Positions 1 to 10,412 are shown, counted from the first letter of the stretch. The stretch is DNA of 64,000 nt from Candidatus Poribacteria bacterium (GCA_965205015.1 OZ242029.1:5088001-5152000), one strand, 5' to 3'. Notes: generated from the letters alone by a model not told the origin. Program-made: numbers and translations.

Positions 1-1022
1 AAGGCGACCGACTCTACTACATCTCTAACCGCTGTGAAGTCGTCTGTGTTGACACTGACGCCTTCCTTGATGGCGAAAACGACGGTCCCTTTACCGAGGA
101 AACAGAAACGAGCGAGATCGATGCCGACGTCATCTGGATCTACGATATGATGGATGAGTTGGATGTGTTTCCGCATAACCTTGCCACCTGTTCACCGCTG
201 GCTGTCGGGGATCTCCTCTTCTTGGAAACGAGCAACGGTGTTGATGAGGGACATATCCATATTCCTTCACCCGATGCGCCGTCCTTCATTGCGCTCAATA
301 AACACACCGGTGAACTCGTATGGGAAGATGCCTCGCCCGGCGAAAATATACTCCACGGGCAGTGGTCGAATCCCGCTTACGGTGTTATCAAAGGGGTCCC
401 ACAGGTGATCATCCCCGGCGGCGATGGCTGGGTCTATGCGTTTGCTCCAGAAACGGGTGACATTATCTGGAAGTTTGACTGTAATCCGAAAGATTCCGTT
501 TGGGAACTCGGTGGACGCGGCACCCGCAACAATATCATTTCAACGCCTGTCGTCTATGACGACAAAGTCTTTATCGCTGTTGGGCAGGACCCGGAGCACG
601 GCGAAGGCGTAGGGCATCTCTGGTGCATTGATGCCTCACAAACCGGTGATGTTACCGAGACTGCTGGCATCTGGCACTTCGGCGATGAACAGTTCAACCG
701 CACAATGTCCACTGTAGCCATCGCTGATGGACTCCTCTACATCTCGGACCTGAGTGGATTCCTTTACTGCTTGGATGTGAACACAGGAGACCCCTACTGG
801 ACGCATGACACGTTCGCCGCAATTTGGGGATCGCCTTATGTGGTGGATGGTAAAGTTTACCTCGGCGATGAGGATGGCGATGTAGTGGTGCTAAAGACGG
901 GAAAAACGAAGCAGGTGCTATTTGAAACCAACATGGGCAGTGCTGTTTATACGACCCCCGTGGCGAAGAACGGTGTGCTTTACATTGTCACCCGTAATAC
1001 GCTGATCGCAATTTCAGAATAG
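1..1022 (+). CDS. PQQ-binding-like beta-propeller repeat protein (BamB-like), 5' end outside window
   Basis: Frame is open from base 3. Repeated 'xxTGxxxW' and 'STPVVxDxxVY/F' propeller motifs. Confidence 0.8.
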   Translation, partial: GDRLYYISNRCEVVCVDTDAFLDGENDGPFTEETETSEIDADVIWIYDMMDELDVFPHNLATCSPLAVGDLLFLETSNGVDEGHIHIPSPDAPSFIALNKHTGELVWEDASPGENILHGQWSNPAYGVIKGVPQVIIPGGDGWVYAFAPETGDIIWKFDCNPKDSVWELGGRGTRNNIISTPVVYDDKVFIAVGQDPEHGEGVGHLWCIDASQTGDVTETAGIWHFGDEQFNRTMSTVAIADGLLYISDLSGFLYCLDVNTGDPYWTHDTFAAIWGSPYVVDGKVYLGDEDGDVVVLKTGKTKQVLFETNMGSAVYTTPVAKNGVLYIVTRNTLIAISE

Positions 1023-1042
1023 ATTGTTCAGAGGTACTTCAC

Positions 1043-1648
1043 ATGGCGTATAGCAATTTTACGCTACAAACAGTACGAGAAGCATTTGACTTGGAAGAGA
1101 CCGACACCGCGCATCTTTTTGCAGGTAGCGAACCAATGCCTCCGAGTGAACTCCTCACTGCAGTGTTGACTCGGAACATACCCTTAGCCACCGCTATTGG
1201 GACGGAGAAAGCCAAGTCGGAAATGATTGTTGCCGATGTGCTTGTTGACCTGCGGGAGCAGTTGCAGCATCGCATCAGCCTTTTTTCCGGGATTGATTTC
1301 AACGTAGATGAGGAGAGCGGTTTGACTGGGGTCTGTGATTTTGTGATAAGTCTCTCACCGGTCCAATTTGGTCTGGAGGCACCTGTTATCGTTCTTGTGG
1401 AAGCAAAGAACGATAATCTGGAAGTGGGGCTCGGACAGTGCGTCGCGGAAATGGTAGCTGCCCAACGTTTTAATGCTGAAGCGGGTAATGACATTCCTCG
1501 CATCTACGGTGCCACCACCTCGGGGGCAGATTGGCGGTTCCTTAAATTGGAGGGGAAAGAACTCCATATTGATATGGCAGTCTACCAAATTGAGCGGTGT
1601 GACAAAGTCCTCGGCATCCTCGCAAGCATGGTGAAACAAAAGGCGTGA
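1043..1648 (+). CDS. Hypothetical protein, PD-(D/E)XK-like fold
   Basis: 201-aa ORF with GVCDF...LVEAK...GQCVAEM motif. SD GAGGT upstream. Confidence 0.6.
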   Translation: MAYSNFTLQTVREAFDLEETDTAHLFAGSEPMPPSELLTAVLTRNIPLATAIGTEKAKSEMIVADVLVDLREQLQHRISLFSGIDFNVDEESGLTGVCDFVISLSPVQFGLEAPVIVLVEAKNDNLEVGLGQCVAEMVAAQRFNAEAGNDIPRIYGATTSGADWRFLKLEGKELHIDMAVYQIERCDKVLGILASMVKQKA

Positions 1649-1692
1649 GTTGGGCGTGTTTAGTGCTGTAAATAAAAAAGGTAAAAAAACAG

Positions 1693-2766
1693 ATGAACCT
1701 TACCCGAAAAATTACTGAAGCCCGAAAATCACTCGACGCACACGTCCGAGAAATTATCAAATGGCACTTCAGTCCAAAGACCGGCTGCCCGTTCTGGCTG
1801 GAGTTCGCAGAAAACCTCGATTTTGACCCGCGCAAAGAAATTAGAGGGTATGCCGATCTCAAGTGCCTCGGGCATTTCGAGGACGAATGGCTCCGCGGGG
1901 GTCCAGTGCGGCGTTGGGTCCCGAAGGCTTACGCCGATGAACCGATTTACGTCTTTGAAACCGGTGGCTCAACAGGTATCCCCAAATCGAGAATCAGTGT
2001 TCGTGATTTTCACATCGATTATGAAATATTCAGTGAATCGCTTTCCGATGAGGGGTTTCCACCCGGTAGCGATTGGCTTATGTTGGGTCCGACGGGACCA
2101 CGACGCTTACGACTGGCTGTCGAACATCTCGCCCAGCATCGTGGCGGTATCTGTTTCCATGTAGACCTCGACCCGCGTTGGGTGAATCAACTCGTCCGTT
2201 ACGGAAAAAATGAGGAGTTGGACGCCTATAAAAATCATGTTATCTCGCAAGCACTTAATGTCCTACGCGCCCATGAAAACGTTCAATGCCTCTTCACCAC
2301 CCCGAAGTTATTGGAGGCACTCTGTGAATGGATTTCCTTGCCGAAGGTGGGTATTAAAGGTATCTTCTGTGGCGGTACCGAGATGGACGCGCAGTTCCAC
2401 CGCTTTGCACGCGAGGAACTCGTTCCCGGCATTGATTTTATCCCGACTTACGGCAATACGCTCATGGGATTAGCCGCCTGTAAACCCTTCGATCCGGCGG
2501 ATAACTATGCGATTATCTATTATCCACCGCACCCGCGCGCTGTTATTGAACTCGTTAATCCAGAAAATCCGGAGGAACTTGTTGATTATGGCGAAACCGG
2601 GCGTGTTATGCTCACGACCCTAACGAAAGAATTTTTCATGCCCCGTTTCTTGGAACGTGACGAAGCCGAACGCGCCGAACCGATCCCGGAATACCCGTGG
2701 GATGGCGTTGAAAATCTCCGTCTTCTCACGGAACTCCAAGAGAGCGTTGTTGTAGGTGTTTATTAG
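1693..2766 (+). CDS. Adenylate-forming (ANL) LuxE/EhpF-like protein
   Basis: ETGGSTGxPK P-loop, TYGNT, GRVxLT and RFLERD motifs. Confidence 0.7.
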   Translation: MNLTRKITEARKSLDAHVREIIKWHFSPKTGCPFWLEFAENLDFDPRKEIRGYADLKCLGHFEDEWLRGGPVRRWVPKAYADEPIYVFETGGSTGIPKSRISVRDFHIDYEIFSESLSDEGFPPGSDWLMLGPTGPRRLRLAVEHLAQHRGGICFHVDLDPRWVNQLVRYGKNEELDAYKNHVISQALNVLRAHENVQCLFTTPKLLEALCEWISLPKVGIKGIFCGGTEMDAQFHRFAREELVPGIDFIPTYGNTLMGLAACKPFDPADNYAIIYYPPHPRAVIELVNPENPEELVDYGETGRVMLTTLTKEFFMPRFLERDEAERAEPIPEYPWDGVENLRLLTELQESVVVGVY

Positions 2767-2789
2767 TTTTTTAATCAAAGGAGATAAAC

Positions 2790-3119
2790 ATGGAAAAGGT
2801 TCAAGTTGTTAAAATACAGGACCCAATATACGAGGAAACCTATACCGCCCACATTCAAAAAAATGGAGCTGCATGGATGGGGTGGATACCGGAAGTCCCC
2901 AAGGTGAAATGTGAAGGAAATACGCAAGAGGAATTACTAAAGACCCTTGAGAAAACACTCCATAAAATCTTAGAAGCTGAAGAGGAGGCATGGGATAAGC
3001 AGATTGAGGAAGATGCTAAGGCAGGGAAACTAGATCGTTTTGTTGAGAAAGCACTTGAGAATTTCAGAGCAGGTAGGTATTACGAGATAGAAGATCTCCA
3101 GAAATTATTAGACAAGTAG
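2790..3119 (+). CDS. HicB-like/antitoxin-type small protein
   Basis: YTAHIQ..W.GWIPEVP.V.CEG.T.EELL pattern resembles the HicB N-terminus. SD AAGGAG. Confidence 0.55.
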   Translation: MEKVQVVKIQDPIYEETYTAHIQKNGAAWMGWIPEVPKVKCEGNTQEELLKTLEKTLHKILEAEEEAWDKQIEEDAKAGKLDRFVEKALENFRAGRYYEIEDLQKLLDK

Positions 3120-3216
3120 CCTGTTATCTGCTCACAGAACTCCAAGAAAGCGTCGTTGTAGGTGTTTATTAGTTAGCTTTAACACAGGTGCATACCCACT
3201 AAAAAGGAGTTTGAAC

Positions 3217-3912
3217 ATGATAACGAAAATTGAAAAACTTTTCCGGTCACCTTACTCGGTACCGAACGGTTTACAGGTCACGGACGACGGTTTGTGGATC
3301 GTTGACCAGATTACCGATAGAGTTGCATTGGTCGAAGTTACATCGGATCCCGACTATATCGTGCCGAAACTCATCCGCGACATTCCGAGCGAATCCTCCA
3401 ACACAAGCGGTATGACGTATGGAGACGGCGCACTCTGGTTAGCTGCGAACGGATCTGGAGAACGCTGGCGTCCCGTCCGGGATACAGACGCCGGGACGGG
3501 TGAGGTCTTCAAAGTAGACCCCGCTACCGGCGAAACCCTCGGCCGCTATCCGATACCCGATGGGGGCGGCACACACGGCATCGAATATGACCACTACGAT
3601 GAAGGACATCTGTGGGTCCAGACCCTTAAGGATCAGGTCACACATAAGGTCAGAATTTCGGACTGGTCTATCCAAAAGACGCTTCCGTTGCCGCATGGAC
3701 GTGGACACGGTATGGTTCGCGTTGAAGATGGGCTTTGGTCAACCCATACCTCTGATAGGGTCATTGTCAAGCTTGATCTTGAGGATGGCACACCGCTTGA
3801 TGTGATTGAAGTGCCTGAAGATTGTCCAGAACCGCACGGGCTCTCCATTTATGAGGACGATTTCCTCTACTGTGATGCCTCATCTGGATGGGTAGCGAAG
3901 ATTACATGGTAA
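3217..3912 (+). CDS. Beta-propeller protein (Vgb/glutaminyl cyclase-like)
   Basis: PNGL...LW, THGI and PHGL repeats. SD AAGGAG before ATG at 3217. Confidence 0.6.
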   Translation: MITKIEKLFRSPYSVPNGLQVTDDGLWIVDQITDRVALVEVTSDPDYIVPKLIRDIPSESSNTSGMTYGDGALWLAANGSGERWRPVRDTDAGTGEVFKVDPATGETLGRYPIPDGGGTHGIEYDHYDEGHLWVQTLKDQVTHKVRISDWSIQKTLPLPHGRGHGMVRVEDGLWSTHTSDRVIVKLDLEDGTPLDVIEVPEDCPEPHGLSIYEDDFLYCDASSGWVAKITW

Positions 3913-3914
3913 TT

Positions 3915-4100
3915 GGCTATCAGCCATCGGCTTTCAGTATTTGAGTGGAAAAATGGAAGGCGTTGGAATGGAAAATTGGAATACTGGAAGGTTAGGAGCT
4001 CCATTCTTTCCTGCTTCCCTCCTTCCAGTCTTTTCCCCTGCTCTTCCATTCCAGGCTCTTTAACCGACGACTGACAACCGACAACCGACAACCGACAACT
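3915..4100. repeat. Composite hairpin element: heptamer-repeat arms around a purine-rich/pyrimidine-rich inverted core
   Basis: GGCTATCAGCCATCGGC on the left and (CGACAAC)n on the right. Inner TGGAA repeats are followed by TTCCA repeats. Confidence 0.7.
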
Positions 4101-4106
4101 ATTAAG

Positions 4107-5513
4107 ATGATACACATTCCAATTCTGCGCGCCGGACGTTCCTACAGAAGTCTGAACACCGTCCGCGTGCCACATATCAAAACCGGTGAACCCTTGGTCG
4201 AGGTAAGCCAAGCCAATCGTGGATTGATAGCGAAGGACCTCCTTGACATCGCCCTCCAAAAGGAGACGCTTGGACAACGTTCTGCCGCCGAATTAATCTC
4301 CATCTGCAAGGAAGCAGCGCGTCTCTTCGCAACGGCGACGCTGCCACTTGACGGGACGGTTCAATCACCGGCGGACTACATCCAACAGGTCTCCGGGACA
4401 ACCGGTATGCCTGAAGCACTCTGCGCGCAGAATCTGCTCAAGATTCAAGGGGTTTTGGAGAACATAGATACCGTTTTAGATGGACTCACCCGTGGCTTGG
4501 ATTTACAAGTCCTTGATAAAGGATGGGGTGTCCAAAATGGGCACACGTTGAGTTACGTCTGTGAAACGGATTCGCTGGGTGCCGTATTGCCCAGCAACTC
4601 ACCGGGTGTGCATTCGTTGTGGGTGCCTGCTATCCCGTTGAAAGTACCGCTCGTGCTGAAACCGGGACGTGAGGAACCGTGGACCCCCTATCGTATCGCA
4701 CAAGCGTTTATCGCCGCAGGTGCTCCGGTAGAGGCATTCAGTTTCTACCCAACCGATTACGCCGGTGCCAACGAAATCCTCGTCCGATGTGGACGTTCCA
4801 TGCTTTTCGGTGGCGGTTCAACCGTCGCACCCTGGGTGAACACACCGCGGGTCGAAATTCACGGACCCGGACGTAGCAAAGTGATCATCCATGAAGACGG
4901 ACAGAACGATTGGGAACAGTATCTCGATCTCATCGTGGAATCGGTTGCTAAGAACGGCGGGCGGTCTTGCATTAATGCCTCTGGCGTGTGGGTAACGGCA
5001 CATGGACGGAAAATTGCCGAGGCGTTAGCAGAACGTTTGGCATGCATCGAACCGAAACCTCTGGATCATCCAGAGGCGGGAATCGCCGCGTGGGCGAATC
5101 CGAAGGCTGCACATGGGATCTCATCTCTGATTGACCAGCACCTCAAAGAGCCTGGGGCGACGGAATTGACAACGGGGGACCGCGTTGTGGAATTGGATGG
5201 CTGCACTTTCCTGAGACCCACGGTCATCTGGTGCGACGATGCGGAACATCCGTTAGCGAACATAGAGTTCCCGTTCCCATTTGTGAGTATTGTGGAAGTG
5301 CCGTCGACACAGTTAGTCGAGGCGATCGGCGCGACACTCGTTGCCACGGCGATTACAGAAGATACAGTGCTTACACGATATCTCATAGCGACACCGCGCA
5401 TCGACCGGCTCAATTTAGGCGCGATTCCGACGAATCAGATCTCTTGGGACAGTCCACATGAGGGGAACCTGTTCGAGCATCTGTATAGGCAGCGGGCTTT
5501 TCAGTTTGGATAG
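4107..5513 (+). CDS. Aldehyde dehydrogenase family protein (LuxC/EhpG-like)
   Basis: LPSNSP, VLKPG, FGG, NGGRSCINAS (catalytic Cys) and EFPFPF motifs. Confidence 0.8.
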   Translation: MIHIPILRAGRSYRSLNTVRVPHIKTGEPLVEVSQANRGLIAKDLLDIALQKETLGQRSAAELISICKEAARLFATATLPLDGTVQSPADYIQQVSGTTGMPEALCAQNLLKIQGVLENIDTVLDGLTRGLDLQVLDKGWGVQNGHTLSYVCETDSLGAVLPSNSPGVHSLWVPAIPLKVPLVLKPGREEPWTPYRIAQAFIAAGAPVEAFSFYPTDYAGANEILVRCGRSMLFGGGSTVAPWVNTPRVEIHGPGRSKVIIHEDGQNDWEQYLDLIVESVAKNGGRSCINASGVWVTAHGRKIAEALAERLACIEPKPLDHPEAGIAAWANPKAAHGISSLIDQHLKEPGATELTTGDRVVELDGCTFLRPTVIWCDDAEHPLANIEFPFPFVSIVEVPSTQLVEAIGATLVATAITEDTVLTRYLIATPRIDRLNLGAIPTNQISWDSPHEGNLFEHLYRQRAFQFG

Positions 5514-5558
5514 CATTCCGAAAAATCTTGACTTTACAAATAATTTGGTATCGTAGTG

Positions 5559-7058
5559 ATGACCGATAACCCGAATGTTATTCTTATTTTCGCAGACGAC
5601 CTCGGACGCGGGATGCTGAGTTGCTATGGACAACGGCACTTCGAGACGCCGAATATCGACCGCCTCGCAAACGAAGGAATGCGATTCAACCACGCCTACG
5701 GTTGTGCATTCTGCGCGCCTTCCCGTGCGAGTATGCTGACAGGTCTCCACGATTGCCACGACGGCACATGGACCTATACACAAGGCGGGGTGTATGACAG
5801 ACTGAGTGCGGGTGAGCTCACACTAAGTCAAATTACGGAATTACTGCATACAACCGGACTCCAAGCGGGTTCCGATGACGTCTTCTTGGCGCAAATCGCT
5901 GAGGAGGCAGGTTACGTCACGGGACAGATCGGAAAACTCGAATGGGGCTTTGCCACGACTGGCACACGCATCCGTCGCCACGGTTGGCAGTACCACTACG
6001 GTTACTATGACCATGCGCGGTGCCACGGCTTTTATCCGCCGTTCCTCTTTGAGGACGGGCAAGTGACGAACATTCAAGGCAATACGCATGCCGACTGTGG
6101 GGTGAATCTGGATTGGGAGTCCGAGGAGAATGCTGCGCGTCGCGCGAATCGGCAGGGGAAAGCCGTATATTCTCAGGACATTTTCAACGAAAAGATTGTT
6201 GCGTTCCTGCGCAGCCACCAGGACGAACCTTTCTTTCTCTATCATCCTTCCCAATTGCCACATGGACCGATCGCCATTCCTGACATCCATCCAGCAGTGA
6301 AGCAGTCTACCGAGTTGACGACGTTTGAAAAAGAATACGCTTCCATGATCCTGAAATTGGATGAGACCGTCGGAATCATCTTGGACGCACTCGAACGCCT
6401 CGGCATTGATGACCGCACGATGATTATCTTCTGTTCCGATAATGGTCACGAAGTGTATGCCAAGGAGGCGGGACGGACCTCGGGTCGGACACAGGATTTG
6501 AACGGTGAACCCTTCGATGAAATCACAACGAAATTCTATTCGGAGACCGGTGGCGATGTATTCAATGGAAACGACGGTATGGGCGGTCTAAAGTTTTCAA
6601 GTTGGGAAGGTGGTACTCGAATCCCATATATCGTCCGCTACCCCGGAAGGATTACACCCAATCGTGTGTCGGACTATATGCTTACGAACTACGATCTAAT
6701 GCCAACCCTTGTCGACCTCATCGGCGCGGAGATGCCGCAAGGTAAAGACGGTATCTCGTTCTTACCGACTCTGCTTGAAAGGCATGAAGACCAGCAGCAT
6801 CATGAATGCATCATATATGCCTCTCGGCTCGGTCCGGCGCTTGTAACAGCGGATGGCTGGAAATTACGGTATATCAATAGCACGGACAGTTTCCAATTGT
6901 ATCATCTCCCGCACGACTATCGCGAGGAGAACGACGTTTCCGCGGATTGCCCTGACATCATTGCCCGACTGAGTGGATGGCTTCTGAATGCTTGTGACGG
7001 TGATTATCAAAATGGCACGCCCCAAGCGCATTTCGCTGCGTGTCCTGATAGAAATTAA
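5559..7058 (+). CDS. Sulfatase (formylglycine-dependent)
   Basis: PNVILIFADDLG, TPNIDRLA, CAPSRASMLTG (CxPxR) and SDNG motifs. Confidence 0.9.
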   Translation: MTDNPNVILIFADDLGRGMLSCYGQRHFETPNIDRLANEGMRFNHAYGCAFCAPSRASMLTGLHDCHDGTWTYTQGGVYDRLSAGELTLSQITELLHTTGLQAGSDDVFLAQIAEEAGYVTGQIGKLEWGFATTGTRIRRHGWQYHYGYYDHARCHGFYPPFLFEDGQVTNIQGNTHADCGVNLDWESEENAARRANRQGKAVYSQDIFNEKIVAFLRSHQDEPFFLYHPSQLPHGPIAIPDIHPAVKQSTELTTFEKEYASMILKLDETVGIILDALERLGIDDRTMIIFCSDNGHEVYAKEAGRTSGRTQDLNGEPFDEITTKFYSETGGDVFNGNDGMGGLKFSSWEGGTRIPYIVRYPGRITPNRVSDYMLTNYDLMPTLVDLIGAEMPQGKDGISFLPTLLERHEDQQHHECIIYASRLGPALVTADGWKLRYINSTDSFQLYHLPHDYREENDVSADCPDIIARLSGWLLNACDGDYQNGTPQAHFAACPDRN

Positions 7059-7099
7059 CTTGATTCTCCTGATTTCAACATATCAAAAAAGGATGCTTT

Positions 7100-8182
7100 A
7101 TGCTTATTGTTGATGCCCACCTTGATTTATCCATGAATGCATTACAGGGCAACCGAGACCTACTGCGTTCCGCCTACACGATTCGGACCCAAGAGACCGG
7201 ACTACCCGGTAAGGGTCAAGGAACCGTAGCGTTCCCAGACATGCGTCAGGGACGAATTGCGCTGAGTTTTGTTACCCTATTTGCCCGGTCCACCGGTAGA
7301 CCGTCCCCGCATTCCGATTTTGCGTCGCCTGCCCAATCCTACGGCATCGCTCAAGGGCAATTGGCTTACTATCGCGCTTTAGAAAGAATGGGATACGTTC
7401 GTATCATCGAGAACAACGAAAACTTGGACGGGCACATCAACGCTTGGCGAACTTGGGAAAGCAGCATGACAGGTCATGCAAGCGACTACGATAATGCACC
7501 CCCTTTAGGATTTGTAATTAGCATGGAAGGGGCTGACCCGATTCTGACGCCAGCGCAGTTAGAGGCTTGGGTTGATGCTGGGTTACGACTGATCGGACTG
7601 ACACACTACGGTCCCGGACGCTACGCCGGTGGAACAGGCACAGAAATGGGGTTAACCGAACTGGGGCGTCCGTTACTTGCTGAGATGGAACGCTTAGGCG
7701 TTATCCTCGATCTTACCCACTGTTCGGATCAGTCGTTCTGGCAGGCACTCGAACGCTACAACGGCTTGGTTCTCGCCAGTCATAACAACTGTCGGGCATT
7801 GGTTCCGCATCAACGCCAGTTCAGCGATGAACAGTTGCGTGCGATTTTTGAGCGGGATGGGGTCATCGGTGCTGCTTTTGACGCGTGGATGCTCCATCCA
7901 GGCTGGGTTACGGGTGAAACTCCCCACGAGGCGGTTACGTTGAACACCGTCGTTGACCATATCGACTATATCTGCCAATTGGCGGGTAACACTCGGCACG
8001 CCGCGATCGGCACTGACTTGGATGGTGGCTATGGACGTGAGCAATCTCCGAGCGATTTGGACACCATCGCTGACTTGCAAAACTTAACGGGTTTGTTAGA
8101 GGCGCGTGGCTATAGTGCGGATGACATCGCCGCCATCATGCACGGCAACTGGCTTCGATTCCTACACGATGCATGGGGTTAG
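7100..8182 (+). CDS. Membrane dipeptidase (peptidase M19)
   Basis: DAHLD, SMEGAD, DLTH, ASHNN, GTDLDG and GNWLR motifs. Confidence 0.9.
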   Translation: MLIVDAHLDLSMNALQGNRDLLRSAYTIRTQETGLPGKGQGTVAFPDMRQGRIALSFVTLFARSTGRPSPHSDFASPAQSYGIAQGQLAYYRALERMGYVRIIENNENLDGHINAWRTWESSMTGHASDYDNAPPLGFVISMEGADPILTPAQLEAWVDAGLRLIGLTHYGPGRYAGGTGTEMGLTELGRPLLAEMERLGVILDLTHCSDQSFWQALERYNGLVLASHNNCRALVPHQRQFSDEQLRAIFERDGVIGAAFDAWMLHPGWVTGETPHEAVTLNTVVDHIDYICQLAGNTRHAAIGTDLDGGYGREQSPSDLDTIADLQNLTGLLEARGYSADDIAAIMHGNWLRFLHDAWG

Positions 8183-8202
8183 GGAAACCCATGGAGTCTG
8201 TT

Positions 8203-8511
8203 CTATTGGACATAGACGATACTTTCCCGGATGGATTGCGCAATATGTGGAATCCGAATCCCTTGAAGCCCACCCAAGGTAAGGACATCCACCGGTTTCC
8301 CGAGGATCTCTTCGAGATAGTCGGCAAAGTCCATGAACTTAAAACCTAATGGCGTTTCAAATTCGACGATAATGTCAATATCGCTGGTTTCGGTGTATGT
8401 CCCTTTAGCATAAGAGCCGAATAAGCCGATCCTCTTAACGCCATACGTCTCGGCAAGGTATCCTGATTTTTCAGAAAGGATGTTTGTAATCTTTTCCCGT
8501 GTTAATATCAC
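8203..8511 (-). CDS. MntA-like minimal nucleotidyltransferase (antitoxin-type)
   Basis: GLFGSYAKG...SDIDIIVEF motif, 102 aa. Confidence 0.85.
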   Translation of the reverse strand: MILTREKITNILSEKSGYLAETYGVKRIGLFGSYAKGTYTETSDIDIIVEFETPLGFKFMDFADYLEEILGKPVDVLTLGGLQGIRIPHIAQSIRESIVYVQ

Positions 8512-8696
8512 TGGTTTACCTCAAGTTGGTGGTTTAACCATCAATACTCGCTGATAATACGCTAAAGAGTTAACCTAACTATCTTGGACCAAGCATAACC
8601 ATTTTACTACGATTCCATTGACTTGTCAAGTCTTTATGTATCTGTTTAAGGCTGAACGTGATTCAACTTTCCTGCTGAGAAAAGGAAATTGCCATA

Positions 8697-8927
8697 ATGA
8701 AAAAGAAATTATCAAAATTCCAAAAACCCGATGTGTCTGATAGGAAGGTGGCAGTCGCAGCAAGCGATGTTCCACCTCCGAAAAAAGGGAGGGGTCCCGT
8801 GCCTCCGCCGGATTATACACTGGGGGAACTCCTCGCAAATATATCAGAACCCAGCTCTAAAACACCAAAGTCGGATTCTTCCGATGAAGTGGACACGGGA
8901 CGACCAGTGGGAAAGGAAGTCTGGTAA
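8697..8927 (+). CDS. Small protein with MazE-like C-terminal region
   Basis: YTLGELLANI...EVDTGRPVGKEVW resembles MazE/ChpAI C-termini. No clear AbrB N-terminal domain. Confidence 0.55.
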   Translation: MKKKLSKFQKPDVSDRKVAVAASDVPPPKKGRGPVPPPDYTLGELLANISEPSSKTPKSDSSDEVDTGRPVGKEVW

Positions 8928-9213
8928 ACTTCACCACGCCTCGAGACCTTGAAACACATAAAACGGGCATTTGAAAACGGCGGTGCTTTTCAGAGACCCA
9001 CTGGGAAAAATACAACCCTTAGACGACTCAAAGATGCCGCGGAAAGTCCCTAAATTGACACCTATGGACATATAGACAATACTTCCTCCACTTCCCCGCT
9101 GGCGGGGTTTCCGAACCTCGCCTACCCGCAATCCCCGAGCAATTGTATATTTTGCTATGACGCACCATATCAGGTTCTGCGTTCGTTTCTAACCGCACCA
9201 TCATAGGTGTCAA

Positions 9214-9340
9214 TTATAGTAAAACCCAAAAATAAGTGAACATTCGTAGCACAAACTGTCCAGTTTGTGCAGGGGAGGCACGCAAACTAACAGTTTGCGC
9301 TACAATCGGGGTGTCCAAGTAATTATTGACTCTACTATAA
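9214..9340. mobile_element. 127-bp MITE-like element, copy 1
   Basis: TTATAGT...ACTATAA termini and two internal hairpins. Near-identical copies at 11974-12227 and 17407-17533. Confidence 0.85.
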
Positions 9341-9406
9341 GTGTATAGATTGCGTGTCAGAGCGATAAAAATCGTTCCCAACCGCACCATAACCGACAAT
9401 AAGGAC

Positions 9407-9647
9407 CGTAGGTTGGGTTGAACGGTATTGGACTCAAGACGCCGATGTGCCAAAATACATCAAATCTGACCCACTCACATATACATCCACAACCGTAGTG
9501 AAACCCAACATTTTTCTGAGATGCTATAAACGTGTCGGTATGACGTTGGGTTTCGCTATCTCCTTGATTGCTATGAGGGTGTGGGGTGCTGAAATGTGCT
9601 TGGGTGCCCATAGTGTCTTTCTCAGTTCCGCTCAACCCAACCTACGC
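9407..9647. repeat. GTAG-type REP composite element
   Basis: CGTAGGTTGGGTTGA...TCAACCCAACCTACG inverted ends. Internal GAAACCCAAC/GTTGGGTTTC pair. A related piece lies near 43066-43170. Confidence 0.65.
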
Positions 9648-9763
9648 TGCTAACCTGAAGATCTCCACGGTATTTGGAAAAGGTGTTTCTCAGAAAAAAT
9701 TAGCTAAAAATCTAAAATATTATTCACTTTTTAAGAAAAATTAGCAATTTTTGTAAATATAAT

Positions 9764-9792
9764 TTGCTTTTTACCTGAAAATTTTGTATAAT
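9764..9792 (+). promoter_or_regulatory. sigma70-type promoter
   Basis: TTGCTT-N17-TATAAT in an AT-rich tract. Confidence 0.7.
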
Positions 9793-10412
9793 CTTTAGTT
9801 ACCTATGCCATTCATATTTTATATGATGAATAAGTAAAAAGTGACCTAAGTAACTTCAGAGCATTAGAAAGAGGATACGTTTGAGTTGCGATTTTCGCAA
9901 CCGACACAACGACAAAAGAGAAAACCTTGAGATATTTCATGGATTTACAACTACTGACTTAAAAGCGATGGTGGCGTTTGAAAAACAACACCTTCACCAA
10001 CCGACAAAAACCTTGATAGATTTGAACATTTTACCTGAGGAACGCTCATGACGAAGTGCAGTTTACCCTTTGAATTAAAAAGATCCCTGAAGATGCGTGC
10101 GGATATGCGCGCCCCGATGGGAGGGAGTGACTGCTGCGTTCTGAGACGTTCTGTCAATCCTCAAATAGCTAAAAACCCCCCCCGAATTCTCCACAAACGA
10201 TAAGTATTTTATTTCACAAGACGATCCTGACGGTCCTGTATCGGACTGTCTTCGCGCCCGCAGGTGGTTCTGTTTTGCACAGCACCTCCCATTGCGGGCT
10301 ATTTTTGTTGCATCGGGTCTCTCCCGATGTGTTGGACACTCCAATACAACCACAGGCACGACACCTTGTCAATATGGCTGTGTAAGTCGTGTTAAAAAGG
10401 AGATTTAGAAAA

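Noticed and set aside
9214-9653. Short ORFs in the 9.2-9.7 kb region
   Set aside because: They overlap MITE/REP elements and show no coding signal.
10036-10163. 6S or SRP RNA assignment
   Set aside because: No SRP domain IV motif and no symmetric central bubble. Left as an unassigned structure.
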